Positions 39,322-49,988 of a stretch of DNA of 64,000 nt are shown here, in pieces. The DNA is from an uncultured delta proteobacterium (lineage in GTDB: Bacteria; Desulfobacterota; Binatia; UBA9968), in NCBI GenBank assembly GCA_963760795.1, contig CAVXEP010000031.1:46493-110492 (forward strand). The letters are read 5' to 3'. Position numbers and translations under genes: made by a program. Within the stretch, counting starts at the first letter, position 1; every line of letters starts with the position of its first letter. Under the pieces are notes generated by a model, which made no database searches, had not been told where the DNA came from, and saw only the letters and a program-made list of their open reading frames with translations.

Positions 39322-41120
39322 TGGGCGGGGCTGGTGGCGGATTCCTTATTGCCGTTGGGTTGTGGTCGGCGGCGGCTGGGAGTTGGTCGGTCCTGGCGCA
39401 GGAAACGGCCAGTGGCGGCCAAGCGGAGATTAATTTACGGCGGTCGGCGCAGAGCCGGCCTTACCAGGGGCGCGAAGTTGAAGGCGAGGAGCGCCAAATC
39501 GCCCCTGGGGATACTCTGTGGCGCATTTTGGTGCGCGACAAAGGTTTGCCCGGACAGCACTTTCATAGTTACATTGTGGTTATTCGCGGGCTGAATCCGC
39601 AAATCAAAGATCCTGAAATCCTCCGGGTCGGCGACAAGATTTTTATCCCGCTGCGGCCAGATCAAGTCGCTGGCGCACGCCCGGTGTCGGACCTATCGGC
39701 AGATCGCTCGAACAGCGGCCGGGGAACCACGACCAACTATCGAGTCAAAGCCGGCGAGCATCTCTACCAAATCCTGCGCGAACAGTTAAAGCCCACCGAC
39801 GAGCTCAAATTGGCGCAGTATTACGCTTTGGTCAAAGACTTGAATCCTGAACGCAAGAACTGGGATAGCATATCCGAAGGCGAAATCATTCGCTTACCGA
39901 TGCTAGGCCAAGGGAATCAAGTCGCGGCAGCGCCGGCGCTCAAGTCTTTGCGGCCCGGTGAATCCACACCGGCGGAAAATCGTCCGACGTTGGAATCTCG
40001 GCCAACGAGTGAAACTAAACCGGCTGCCGCCACGCTCGATCGCCGTCAGGCGCTGCGCGCGCCGGCCAAGGAAAACATGGCGCTGTTCGCCAAAGTCGCT
40101 GAGGCGATCGGCGGCGAAGTGCAAAATAGCGGTGAAGAAGTGATATCGATCATCGATGGCAACCTTCGTTTCGACAAGGCGAGCTATCCGGTGGTGTACA
40201 GTGCCGCACTACGCCAGAAAGTGGTAATCGACCCGGACGGAAAAATTCCCGCGTCCCTGCGTAGCAAGCTGGCGGATCCAAGAGTCGGCACAGCGATCGT
40301 GCCGATGGCCAACGGCGTTTCGATCCAAAATGCGGTTAGCCAATTACTCGCTGGATTAGGCTATCAATCGCTGCCCACCGACCGGCCGGTAATCGTTCAA
40401 GAAGAAGGGGTTGCCTACGAGGCCACAGGTAGCTGGATGGCGCTGGCGCCGGCGCAGAGCAAACAGACCCAGGAAGTTTATGTCATCAGTTTGGCCGAAG
40501 AGGCTGGGGAAATTCCCGACTATCTAAAGAGCCAGTTGCAAAAAAACGGCTTGCATCTGCAAGATATCCTGGTGTCGGCTGCGCCGATCCAACCGGCGCA
40601 GCCGGCCAGAAGCGAGTCCAAGGATGTCTTGACCCAGGTCAAAACCTGGCCCCGTGATAAGCGCGAGATGGTCGATGCGCTGCTGTTTGCCTTCGGTGTG
40701 CCGTTCGGCGTGGCGGAAAGCATTTCCGTGCAGCTGCGCGACGGCCTGCGCCTCGATGCCCGCAGCGATCGCGTTTTTGACTTCTCCGGCAAAAAGACCG
40801 CGCTGTTTTTCCAACGTCCCGACAGCGAAGTCGTAAAGGCACTGCAAGAAACTCAAGGGGTGCGCGCTGTCGCCCTCGATCTGACCACCTTAAGTTCGCG
40901 GGAAGTGATCACCCGTATTGTGAATCTTTTAGGTGACCAGACCGCCTATCGCGAGCATCGTTTCCCGGCGGCCCAGGGCGCGGCAAAAGATCGCTTGACG
41001 GTGACCGCTTGGGGATTTCATCTGCCGCAGCGCTCGATGTTTGTCACCGACCGGCAGATTCCGGCTGGATTACACCGCTTCTTTTTTGAAAAAGGGCTGG
41101 ATATCGTCTATTTTCAATAA
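39306..41120 (+). CDS. Exported LysM-domain protein
   Basis: Signal peptide; two LysM-like repeats (GDTLWRIL...LNPQI; GEHLYQIL...LNPE). Confidence 0.75.
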   Translation: MESKMMGGAGGGFLIAVGLWSAAAGSWSVLAQETASGGQAEINLRRSAQSRPYQGREVEGEERQIAPGDTLWRILVRDKGLPGQHFHSYIVVIRGLNPQIKDPEILRVGDKIFIPLRPDQVAGARPVSDLSADRSNSGRGTTTNYRVKAGEHLYQILREQLKPTDELKLAQYYALVKDLNPERKNWDSISEGEIIRLPMLGQGNQVAAAPALKSLRPGESTPAENRPTLESRPTSETKPAAATLDRRQALRAPAKENMALFAKVAEAIGGEVQNSGEEVISIIDGNLRFDKASYPVVYSAALRQKVVIDPDGKIPASLRSKLADPRVGTAIVPMANGVSIQNAVSQLLAGLGYQSLPTDRPVIVQEEGVAYEATGSWMALAPAQSKQTQEVYVISLAEEAGEIPDYLKSQLQKNGLHLQDILVSAAPIQPAQPARSESKDVLTQVKTWPRDKREMVDALLFAFGVPFGVAESISVQLRDGLRLDARSDRVFDFSGKKTALFFQRPDSEVVKALQETQGVRAVALDLTTLSSREVITRIVNLLGDQTAYREHRFPAAQGAAKDRLTVTAWGFHLPQRSMFVTDRQIPAGLHRFFFEKGLDIVYFQ

Positions 41121-41134
41121 TCAATGCCGCATGT

Positions 41135-41211
41135 GCGCCCGTAGCTCAACTGGACAGAGCATCAGACTTCGAATCTGAGGGTTGGCGGTTCAAATCCGTC
41201 CGGGCGCGCCA
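41135..41211 (+). tRNA. tRNA-Arg (anticodon TCG)
   Basis: Cloverleaf, anticodon arm TCAGA-CT-TCG-AA-TCTGA, GGTTCAAATCC T-arm, CCA end. Confidence 0.95.
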
Positions 41212-41255
41212 TTTAATTTAGCAACCTATTTTTCCAAACCTCATCGACTCCGTCT

Positions 41256-41753
41256 ATGCGTCGCTGCTGTTTCATCGTTGTCTTTCGGTTTAGCCTAGGC
41301 TCTGAGCAAGCTCTCGACGCGCAACCGCGCCACCTCTACAGCAGTGCCGCGGTATCCGGCATTCACCTGCCGGTGTGGCCCGCCAACGATATCGGACTGT
41401 CTCAAAAGTATGGTTTGAGCGTCGATGTGGTGGTCATCAGCGGCGGCACCGTTGGCATGCAATCGCTGCTCGGCGGCAGCACGGAGACATCATCGAGCTC
41501 TGCCGCCATGGGTCCGATCAATAACGTGTTGGTCGGCGGTGACGCGGTTATCATTGGCGGCGTGCTCAACAAAAATCTGCTCAAGTTCGTCCCCCGCAAG
41601 GAAATCCGCGAAGTCGACCCGGAATGGCTGTCGCCGCAGGCGACTAATTTGGTTTCGGAACACAAAGTCGTGGTCGGCTTGCTGGCAACCTGTCGTCACG
41701 GACAGCATCAAGTGGCCGATCCCGAAGGTAACTTTCTCGACGTGTCCGAGTAG
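41256..41753 (+). pseudogene. Degenerate NMT1-type ABC SBP fragment
   Basis: KYGLSVDVVVISGG...SLLGG resembles 4118..5110, but only ~115 aa precede unrelated sequence. Confidence 0.6.
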
Positions 41754-41771
41754 TCACAGCGCGGCATTTCG

Positions 41772-42212
41772 ATGCAACAGCCCACACGCAAACAAATTGA
41801 CGTTGTCGCCGGGCTAGTCTTCGATGGCCAAAGACTGTTGGTTTGCCAACGCCACCACAAAGCTGCCTTTCCGCTCAAGTGGGAGTTTCCCGGCGGCAAA
41901 GTTGAAGCCGGGGAGTCGGCCACCGCCGCCTTGGCTCGCGAGCTTAAAGAAGAACTTGACATCGGCACCGGTGACTTAAAATTATTTCATCGCCACAACC
42001 ACGCCTATGCCGAGGGGCCGGATGTCTCGCTAAGCTTTTATCAGGTCCTGGATTACCAAGGAGTCATAAAAAATCTAGTATTCGAACAGATCGCCTGGTC
42101 GAGCCTGGCCGAATTAGCGAGTTTTGACTTTCTCGAAGGGGATTTGCCCCTGGTCAATCAATTGGCGAAAGGGGATTTGTCGGGCCAATTTATCGTCGCT
42201 GGCAAAAAATAA
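41772..42212 (+). CDS. MutT/NudG-like (d)NTP pyrophosphohydrolase
   Basis: WEFPGGKVEAGESATAALARELKEEL. Confidence 0.9.
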   Translation: MQQPTRKQIDVVAGLVFDGQRLLVCQRHHKAAFPLKWEFPGGKVEAGESATAALARELKEELDIGTGDLKLFHRHNHAYAEGPDVSLSFYQVLDYQGVIKNLVFEQIAWSSLAELASFDFLEGDLPLVNQLAKGDLSGQFIVAGKK

Positions 42213-42244
42213 CAGGTTCGTGACGGATTGCCGGCCCCATTAAT

Positions 42245-42273
42245 TTGACAGCCCGCCGTTGCGCAGCTATTCT
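42245..42273 (+). promoter_or_regulatory. Sigma70 promoter
   Basis: TTGACA-17 nt-TATTCT. Confidence 0.65.
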
Positions 42274-42302
42274 AGCGCAACTACGAACTTCTCCAGTATT
42301 TC

Positions 42303-42911
42303 ATGACACGTATAATCATAACTCTTGCCGCCGTTTGTCTACTTGTTGCCGCGGCGCATCCCGCGCGCGCCGATGTCTACATGTTCAAGGACAAGCAGGG
42401 GGTTTTGACCTTCACCAATGTGCCAAACCACACGGGTTACAGGCGAATACTTAAAGATAGTGGCGCCTCGCTCGGCGGCGGCGCTGTGACCGGCGCGGCC
42501 TTTGACGACTTGATCAGCTCCGCGTCGGGTCGCTACAACGTCGATCCCGATTTAATTCGCGCCGTGATCAAGACCGAATCCGATTTCAACAGCAACGCGC
42601 GCTCGAACAAGGGCGCCATGGGGTTGATGCAGCTCATGCCCGATACTGCGCGCTTGCATAATGTCAGCGATGCTTTCAATCCCAATGAAAACGTCGATGG
42701 CGGCGTGCGCCATCTACGACTGCTGCTGGAACGTTACCAAGGCAATCTCGAGTTGTCGCTCGCGGCGTACAATGCCGGAGCCGGCGCGGTGGAAAAGCAT
42801 GGCGGCATCCCCCCGTATAACGAGACCCGCGAGTATGTCCGCAAGGTCCTGCGCTTTTATGACGCGTTTCGCGGTACGAGTCTCAATTCTCTCCAGCAAG
42901 CCCGACAATAG
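42303..42911 (+). CDS. Lytic transglycosylase (DUF4124 + SLT)
   Basis: IKTES, GAMGLMQLMP, AAYNAG. Confidence 0.92.
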   Translation: MTRIIITLAAVCLLVAAAHPARADVYMFKDKQGVLTFTNVPNHTGYRRILKDSGASLGGGAVTGAAFDDLISSASGRYNVDPDLIRAVIKTESDFNSNARSNKGAMGLMQLMPDTARLHNVSDAFNPNENVDGGVRHLRLLLERYQGNLELSLAAYNAGAGAVEKHGGIPPYNETREYVRKVLRFYDAFRGTSLNSLQQARQ

Positions 42912-42946
42912 CGCGTAGCTTTCTATAGTAGTTTCTTCGAGGTCCC

Positions 42947-43516
42947 ATGGTTTGGACACTACCGAACCTGCTAAGTCTATTTCGCATTCTGATTATCCCG
43001 CTATTGGTTTATTTGTTGAGCTTTCCTGACCGCCGCTCGTCGCTTTGGGCCGCCGCGCTCTTCCTGGTGGCCTCGATTACCGATTATTTCGACGGCTACT
43101 TCGCCCGGCGCAACAAGAGCGTCTCCGAGCTTGGCAAGATCCTCGATCCATTGGCGGATAAGCTGATGGTCGCCTCCGCCTTGATCATGCTTGCCGCCAT
43201 GGACCGAACCGGAGAGCCCAGCGTGCCAGCCTGGTTGGTCGTGGTGATCCTCGCCCGCGAGAGCGCGGTCACGGTGCTTCGCGGGATCGCGCTCGCCGAC
43301 GGCATCGTCATGCAAGCCGAGACCCTGGGGAAATATAAGTTCATCATGCAGGCCTACGCCGTCGTCGGCCTGCTGGTGCATTATCAATACTGGGGTTTGG
43401 ATTTCTTTGTCGCCGGGATGTATTTCCTGGTGCTTTCCGCCGTGATCGCCGCCTGGTCCGGCATCAACTATCACGTGAAGTTTTTTCGCCTGCGACTGGC
43501 CCGCAGCGCCCGCTAA
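42947..43516 (+). CDS. pgsA: CDP-diacylglycerol--glycerol-3-phosphate 3-phosphatidyltransferase
   Basis: PNLLS..R, DYFDGYFAR, GKILDPLADK; pgsA-tRNA-Gly linkage. Confidence 0.93.
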   Translation: MVWTLPNLLSLFRILIIPLLVYLLSFPDRRSSLWAAALFLVASITDYFDGYFARRNKSVSELGKILDPLADKLMVASALIMLAAMDRTGEPSVPAWLVVVILARESAVTVLRGIALADGIVMQAETLGKYKFIMQAYAVVGLLVHYQYWGLDFFVAGMYFLVLSAVIAAWSGINYHVKFFRLRLARSAR

Positions 43517-43529
43517 ATCGCCAGCGAAA

Positions 43530-43558
43530 TTGACAAAACCCAGGCCATCATGTAGAAA
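43530..43558 (+). promoter_or_regulatory. Sigma70 promoter of tRNA-Gly
   Basis: TTGACA-17 nt (ending TG)-TAGAAA. Confidence 0.65.
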
Positions 43559-43568
43559 ATTACTCGAT

Positions 43569-43645
43569 GCGGGTGTAGCTCAGTTGGCTAGAGCGTATGC
43601 TTGCCAAGCATAAGGTCGTCGGTTCGACCCCGATCACCCGCTCCA
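43569..43645 (+). tRNA. tRNA-Gly (GCC)
   Basis: Anticodon arm TATGC-TT-GCC-AA-GCATA; CCA end. Confidence 0.95.
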
Positions 43646-43648
43646 CTT

Positions 43649-43879
43649 TCAAGCCCTTGGGAAACCGGGGGCTTTTTTTTCTAGTGGGGTAGGGGAGGTA
43701 TTCGCCTTGGAGCCACTTTGCACCGACTTTGCACTTTCCCGAACCTGCGACTCGACCAAATCTCGCACACTGTCGGCATCGCGCATGTACTTGGCGTAAT
43801 GCTCTTCAATAGTTTTTATGGAGTCGCCAATCTGCGCGCTTACAAATGGTGAGCGGGACGCATTCACTTCGAGAGACAT
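43649..43879 (-). pseudogene. C-terminal remnant of a tyrosine integrase
   Basis: FVSAQIGDSIKTIEEHYAKY resembles box II and the catalytic Tyr; abuts the tRNA-Gly 3' end. Confidence 0.6.
43651..43680 (+). terminator. Rho-independent terminator
   Basis: AAGCCCTTGG-GAAA-CCGGGGGCTT plus T-run. Confidence 0.8.
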
Positions 43880-44144
43880 CGCTTCTCTCCGATAGACATC
43901 AGCGCGCCCGTTTTTCTACATGGACTCCCACAGAATCGACCACCGGTTCCTACGACCTACTTATTCGTAGTCGCGAGAGAGGAGCGTTTTCAGGGCGACC
44001 CCATCCCTGCCCGGCAGTAAACCGTTGGAGGTTCTCCGGGCGCGCTTGCACCTCCCTTCACCGGCATTTTAGGAGCCTGCGCTCCGCATTCACTGTCACG
44101 GTTGCCCGTGGCACACATGCTGCGTTGCACCGCAACAACTGAGC

Positions 44145-44457
44145 ATGCCTGTGAAAATCACCACGACAGCAGCACTGATATGCGGGTCTTCATTTTTCCT
44201 GACGACACACGGCCAAGCCGAAGAGCATTACATTTACAAAGATCCGCAGGGCGGAGCTGGTGATCTCAAACCAAAAGTCGCCGGCCGGAAGCACCATTCT
44301 GCGCAAACTCGATCTACCGGAATTCCGCGAAACTCAAATGCAACAGGTTCAAGAGAGCAGCAACAGGCAAGTTGGAAAGCTCACCCAAACAGGAACAAAA
44401 GAAATAACCTCGTGGCTCGCCGTGAGGTCGATTCGTTCACTGAAGGAGCTTGAATGA
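44145..44457 (+). pseudogene. DUF4124-like small exported protein, frameshifted
   Basis: Signal peptide + YIYKDPQG, continuing as VISNQKSPAG in another frame. Confidence 0.5.
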
Positions 44458-45262
44458 ATCTTTTCTATGCTTTGGCGATCATTGGTGCCGCGATTGTTTT
44501 CGCCGGAAACAGCGCGGAAGGACATCCAAGGGAAGTTTACTATGCAATCGCGGCTGGCTTCTGGATTCTGACAGTCGTGCTTGCACAAACGCTGCTTTGA
44601 AGAACGCCAAGGGCTCGAAATCGAGGTTAGACTTGTTAGGCAAGCGCATCCGGACAGATTAACGGTGTCAATCTGGAGTTCATCGAAGCGCCGACGTGTG
44701 CAAGCGCACCATGATGGGATACATCAATCTGTTGTGTCGAGGTGTTATCCTCGCAGCCGTTGATAGCAACTCGACCATCCTCTGCCATACAGCGCCGATT
44801 TAGATTCACTGAGCGATAGTGGGAGGAATTGATCCATGCGCCGACTCGTAGAAATAATCGGCGGGGTATTCGTGGCACTGGGGATTATCTGTGTCCTTGG
44901 TGGATCCATGGTATCGACGGTGAACCCCAACGCCGCTAACGTGTTGTGGACCGGCATCGTCACGATCTTGGTCGGCTGGCTGATATGTTACCTCGCCCAT
45001 AGAAAGCCCTGATAAGTGCGACGAGTTGGGGAAGTTCAAAGCCTCGAAGCAAAACTCCCTACATAAACAAATTCTTCCCGACGCAAGAGAGAGCTGAACC
45101 TGAAAGCCCAACAGTCGCTAAAAAATGGATCGACGACGGCAAGCCCGGCGTCTTCTAATCCACTGCCGCGCCGAGATCCGGCGCCTAATGGAACAATCTA
45201 GGATTTGTGGATTGCCGGTCAGGCAAAACCCGGCCCCTTGTCATTACTTAGGAGTACGACAT

Positions 45263-45592
45263 GAAGAGGAACGCCGAAAGTCAGCGGCGGACATGGAAGA
45301 CAAGAACGAAAAACATATCGTGACCCCGGGACGGATCGTTCCGCTGCGAGAGCTATTGGGGCAAATGCTGCTGGAACTCAAGCGGCCTGCCGAGGCGCTC
45401 AAAGAGTTCGAGGCGTCGCAGATCCGCGAGCCAAACCGTTTTCATGGATTTGCCGGTGCCGCGCAGGCGGCGGCGCAAAGCGGAAACTCCGCCAAGGCCA
45501 AGCAGCACTATACCCGGCTCGTTGAACTGGTTGGCAAAGGCGGGCCGCGACCGGAACTCGAGCAGGCAAAGACATTCCTAGCACAGCGATGA
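45263..45592 (+). pseudogene. C-terminal fragment of a TPR-repeat protein
   Basis: AADMEDKNEKHIVTPG...RELLGQMLLEL...EPNRF; N-terminus absent. Confidence 0.6.
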
Positions 45593-46125
45593 GTCGCACT
45601 ACCGGAGCGTGCGAGCTTGGGAAATGGAGTCGAATGTTTGCGCGGCGGCGAGCGATTGTCACGCTTGCCGCCGTATTCGGGCTTGGCACGGGCTCGCCGT
45701 GTTTGTCGGACCCGGCGGAAACTACTCCTGAAGTTTCGGCGCAGGACCCTGATTACGTTAGCGGCAGGAAAGCCCTTGAGGCAAAAAACTGGCCCTCCGC
45801 TATTAAGTCATTTTCGTTGGCCGCAGAGCGCAACCCCCGTAACGCTGACATCCAGAATTACCTCGGATACTCTTACCGCAAATCAGGAAAGCTCGATCTC
45901 GCATTCACGCACTATAATCAAGCTCTCGCGCTAAATCCTCGGCACCGGGGTGCGCATGAATACATCGGGGAGGCGTACCTCATCAAAGGTGACCTAAAGA
46001 GCGCGCAGAAGCACCTCGCTGCGCTGCGCGAGATCTGTTCACTACCGTGCGAAGAGCTCACGGATCTTGAGCGCGAGATCGCGAAGCACATCAAGAAACC
46101 AGCCGCGAGCCGTTCACGCCGATAA
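45589..46125 (+). CDS. Exported TPR protein
   Basis: NADIQNYLGYSYRK, HRGAHEYIGEAY. Confidence 0.8.
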   Translation: MSRTTGACELGKWSRMFARRRAIVTLAAVFGLGTGSPCLSDPAETTPEVSAQDPDYVSGRKALEAKNWPSAIKSFSLAAERNPRNADIQNYLGYSYRKSGKLDLAFTHYNQALALNPRHRGAHEYIGEAYLIKGDLKSAQKHLAALREICSLPCEELTDLEREIAKHIKKPAASRSRR

Positions 46126-46351
46126 CATGGATGCAAATCCAGTCGGGATCCGTCACTTTCTCCGTATGGTATCCGGCGCTTTGTCACACGGTGCCGGCAT
46201 AGGCACCATCGGAAGAGGCGCGCCGAGGCCCCAGCGCTGCCTATTTTCCTACAGCTCCCGCGTGGTAAGATTTCCGCATGTGCCGCCGATACAAAGTTAC
46301 CCCCGGTGAATTTTCTGATCTCAAACTACGCTTCAGAGGGTTATCCACGAT

Positions 46352-47146
46352 ATGAGTCCCGCCCTAATCAACAACAAGCACGGGAGAGAAAAACGCCTCA
46401 ATAGCTGTTGCGATGATCATGTTTTTGTTCGGAGCGATGGCACCGCTCCATGCGGCCAGGGGCTTTACGACTGGAAATCAGCCGACATGAATTCTCAGCG
46501 AGGAGATAGAAGAACGTTTCCACCTTCCTCTTGCTCGATTGTTTTTTGGAAAGTGGCGGGCAGATTCTGCCAGTTATGGGCTGTGTTGGATTTCCATTCT
46601 TTCAAGCAAAGAAGATTGTTGGGATATAGAAGTCTGACCCGAGCGCTACGATTGGCTGTGTTAATTTTTGTCACTGGCTGCGCCACATTGCAGATAAGCG
46701 TCGGGGAGGACAAGCGTCTATTCGCTCCTCTCGTCGGTCCCACGGAAGGAATCGAACAAGCGCAAATACCGCGGGTAACCCGACGTCGATTCGTGAGAGT
46801 TGAGTTTGATCTGTTATATGGCACGGATGATCCCTCTGAGCCCAAAGGAGCGAACAGAGGTCATTTCCTATTGAATCTATTCGACGATGCCACTTTCAAA
46901 GCCGTCCTCAATCGCCGCGAGGTGCGATCGGACAAGAGTTTTACATGGTTTGGCCGTGTGGAAGAGATTGAAGACAGCCAGATAACTCTGGTTGTCGAGG
47001 ATAGCGTGTTGGTTGGAAACATCAGAGTACCCGACGCTTCTTACCAAGTTCGCTACATCGGTGAAGGTGTCCATGTCGTAAATCACATTGATCCCCGAAC
47101 CTTTCCACCCGAGTCGGCACCTGTTGTCGTTCCCAGTGGCCGGTAG
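46352..47146 (+). CDS. Stand-alone reprolysin prodomain-like lipoprotein (true start probably near 46615)
   Basis: Lipobox LIFVTGC; the C-terminal ~120 aa align with the N-terminus of 47238..49280. Confidence 0.7.
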   Translation: MSPALINNKHGREKRLNSCCDDHVFVRSDGTAPCGQGLYDWKSADMNSQRGDRRTFPPSSCSIVFWKVAGRFCQLWAVLDFHSFKQRRLLGYRSLTRALRLAVLIFVTGCATLQISVGEDKRLFAPLVGPTEGIEQAQIPRVTRRRFVRVEFDLLYGTDDPSEPKGANRGHFLLNLFDDATFKAVLNRREVRSDKSFTWFGRVEEIEDSQITLVVEDSVLVGNIRVPDASYQVRYIGEGVHVVNHIDPRTFPPESAPVVVPSGR

Positions 47147-47237
47147 CGCTGCCAGCTCTGTTAAGTTCGGCGCAGTCGTTTATGGCTGAATCTGAAATAC
47201 TACTTAAGAGGACCGATCAGTAAAGGAGTATACCTCG

Positions 47238-49280
47238 ATGCATATCTCCAAAATAGCGATGATTGCGATCGCGGGTGTTTTCAGTGTCTTGGGCGTCAGC
47301 ATACCCGGCCATGCCCAGTGGCTGTTTACTGAATTGCCGAATGCCGTAAATGCAGTTGACCGAGACGCTGCTATCGATCCAACGATTATCCGCTCCCGCT
47401 TGGTTGAAATTGACTGGGGGCTGATCAACAGCACACAAAGGGGCGCTCAGGCTCGCGTCGGCCAGGACGCCGGGATGTTATTAAATTTCTTCCAGGATAT
47501 CGTGCTCAACGCGGTTTCCGACCGCAGCGAAGTTCGGACCCGAGAAAATTTCACCTGGCATGGCCACATCGATGGCGTCCCAGATAGCCAAGTAATTTTA
47601 GTCGCGCTGGATGGCGTGTTGGTCGGTAATATTCGAGCCGCGGGGAGATATTTCCAGGTCCGGTACATCGGAAATGGTGTGCACGTGGTACGGGAAATCG
47701 ATGAATTAAGTTTCCCACCCGAGGGCGAGCCCATTCCAATAAACCTAACGAGCCCCAGCGCGCTTAAAATACCTGAGCAACGAGCAGCCGACAGCGGTGC
47801 GAGATTTGACGTGATGGTGCTCTACACTCCGGCCGCGCTGGCCGCCGGCGGTGGCACCGCCGCCATGACGGCATTGGCGAATTTAGCGGTAGCGGAAACC
47901 AATACCGCCTATTCCAGGAGCGGCGTGATCCCTCAGGTTCGCTTAGTTTACACTGGTGAGGTCAGCGATTATACGGAAGTAGGAGATTTCAATACGGACT
48001 TGAGTCGGTTGCGCAGTCCCTCGGATGGGTTCATGGATGACATTCATTCTTTACGCAATGCGGTCGGTGCCGATATGGTTTCGCTCATCATCGAAGGCAA
48101 CGGATCCCTCTGCGGAATTGGTTACATCATGTTAACCGAGTCCGCCGGGTTTAACGAGAGCGCGTTTAGCGTAAGCGCGCGCAATTGTGCCACGGGAAAC
48201 TATACCTTCGGCCATGAATTGGGCCACAACATGGGCCTTCGACATGACCGGATCGATGATCCGGCGAATGGTGTCTTCCCACATTCACACGGCTACGTCG
48301 ACGTCATCAACAATTTTCGCGATATCATGGGCGTGGCATCTGGGTGCGGCGGATGCCCGCGAATACAAAATTTCTCGAATCCGAATGTTTTCTATAACGG
48401 ATTTTCCACCGGCGTGCCGCAGAGTGCGCCAAATTCAGCGGACGCGGCGGCGTCGCTCAACGCCACCGCATTCACAGTGGCCAATTGGAGACAGGAAGTT
48501 GCACAATCCACTGTGCTCGACACTATTCTTGATTCCGGGCCGGCAGTCGAAGGAGGTACGACCAACAGCACCACGGCGGTCTTTACTTTCACCTCAACTG
48601 TTCCGTCAGCCACGTTCAAGTGCAGTCTCGACACGGCGCCGTTCACCGTATGTACAAGCCCCAAAACCTATACTAGGCTACGGGCCGGCTCTCGTAACTT
48701 TAAAGTCCATGCCATAGCAGGGGGTGTTAGCGATCCGACCCCTGCAAGCTTTGGCTGGATCATTGATACTATAGCGCCAAATACAACGATCACAGTCTTC
48801 CCTGCGTTGTTGACGAAAAATCCCATCGCAACGTTCGAGTTTATCTCGACCGAGTTGGGTGGTGGTTTTCAGTGCAGCTTGGACGCAAGCCCGTTCACGC
48901 CTTGCACCAGCCCTTTCATCTCCGGCGCCCTGGCTGATGGTAAACACAACTTTCAGGTAAAGGCCCTCGACTCCGTCGGCAATGCAGACAGGTCGGCGGC
49001 CAAGGCCAAGGCGTGGACAGTCGACACGACTCCGCCGATAACCACTATAATGGGAAAACCGGCGAATCCAACGACGTTCACGAGCGCGACGTTTAGGTTT
49101 AAGTCCGAGATAAAAAGCACATTCGTGTGCAAGCTGGACGACGGCGCGTTCGAAGCCTGCAAGAGTGGCAAGAGATACATCGGGCTTCTGCCTGGAGCTC
49201 ATACTTTCCAGGTGCAGGCCACTGACGCAGCTACGAATGTCGAACAGATACCGGCAATTTACAGCTGGACACAGAATTGA
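47238..49280 (+). CDS. Secreted M12 (reprolysin-like) metallopeptidase with three Ig-like repeats
   Basis: Signal peptide; HELGHNMGLRHD, DIM Met-turn; three F.C.LD...F..C repeats. Confidence 0.9.
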   Translation: MHISKIAMIAIAGVFSVLGVSIPGHAQWLFTELPNAVNAVDRDAAIDPTIIRSRLVEIDWGLINSTQRGAQARVGQDAGMLLNFFQDIVLNAVSDRSEVRTRENFTWHGHIDGVPDSQVILVALDGVLVGNIRAAGRYFQVRYIGNGVHVVREIDELSFPPEGEPIPINLTSPSALKIPEQRAADSGARFDVMVLYTPAALAAGGGTAAMTALANLAVAETNTAYSRSGVIPQVRLVYTGEVSDYTEVGDFNTDLSRLRSPSDGFMDDIHSLRNAVGADMVSLIIEGNGSLCGIGYIMLTESAGFNESAFSVSARNCATGNYTFGHELGHNMGLRHDRIDDPANGVFPHSHGYVDVINNFRDIMGVASGCGGCPRIQNFSNPNVFYNGFSTGVPQSAPNSADAAASLNATAFTVANWRQEVAQSTVLDTILDSGPAVEGGTTNSTTAVFTFTSTVPSATFKCSLDTAPFTVCTSPKTYTRLRAGSRNFKVHAIAGGVSDPTPASFGWIIDTIAPNTTITVFPALLTKNPIATFEFISTELGGGFQCSLDASPFTPCTSPFISGALADGKHNFQVKALDSVGNADRSAAKAKAWTVDTTPPITTIMGKPANPTTFTSATFRFKSEIKSTFVCKLDDGAFEACKSGKRYIGLLPGAHTFQVQATDAATNVEQIPAIYSWTQN

Positions 49281-49439
49281 TTTGTTTTATAGGGAACTTT
49301 TCTCCGTTCCTGGGCTTCAGCCTTCGGGCGGTCGCATGGAACCTCAAGCTTAGGAGAATTACAGTCCTGCGATGACAAAATCCTCGTTCGGCCTTACAGG
49401 CTCAAGACTAGTTAAATAAGCGGCTATGACGCCCAGCTC

Positions 49440-49988
49440 ATGAAATGGGGCTTGGTGCCATTTTGGGCGCCCGATCCTTCCATCGGCAATTGGATGATCA
49501 ATGCGCGTGCCGAGACGCTGATGGAAAAACCATCCTTCAAGCGACTGGTCGAGCAGCGGCGATGCCTGGTGCCGGCAGACGGTTTCTATGAGTGGCGGGG
49601 CGAAGGCAACCAGAAGTTTCCTATGTTGATCCGGTTGAAGAACAAAGAGCCGTTCGCCTTCGCCGGCTTATGGGACTCTTGGCGTAACCCACAGTTACCT
49701 GAGGAAGTGCTCAACACTTTCACGATCATCACCACCGATCCAAATACCATACTCAAGCAGATCCACAACCGCATGCCGGTGATCTATGACCAGGAGATGG
49801 GCAAGCAGTGGCTCGGCGAGGGTGTCGGATCGAGGTCGATGAAGCTCGCCGCGATTATGCGGCCACTACCGGCACAATACATGGAAGCCTACGAGGTCTC
49901 CAAAATGGTCAACGCGCCGGCCAACGACCGATCTGAGTGCGCCCGTCCGGTACTCGGCGGTCAGGTGTTGGATGGTAAGAATTATTGA
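49440..49988 (+). pseudogene. SOS-response-associated peptidase (SRAP/YedK), 5'-truncated
   Basis: WGLVP, NARAET, GFYEW and HNRMP present; N-terminal MCGR catalytic Cys absent. Confidence 0.8.

Noticed and set aside
43625-43645. attR duplicate of the tRNA-Gly 3' end
   Set aside because: No convincing copy found by eye, so the far boundary of the tRNA-Gly element is undefined
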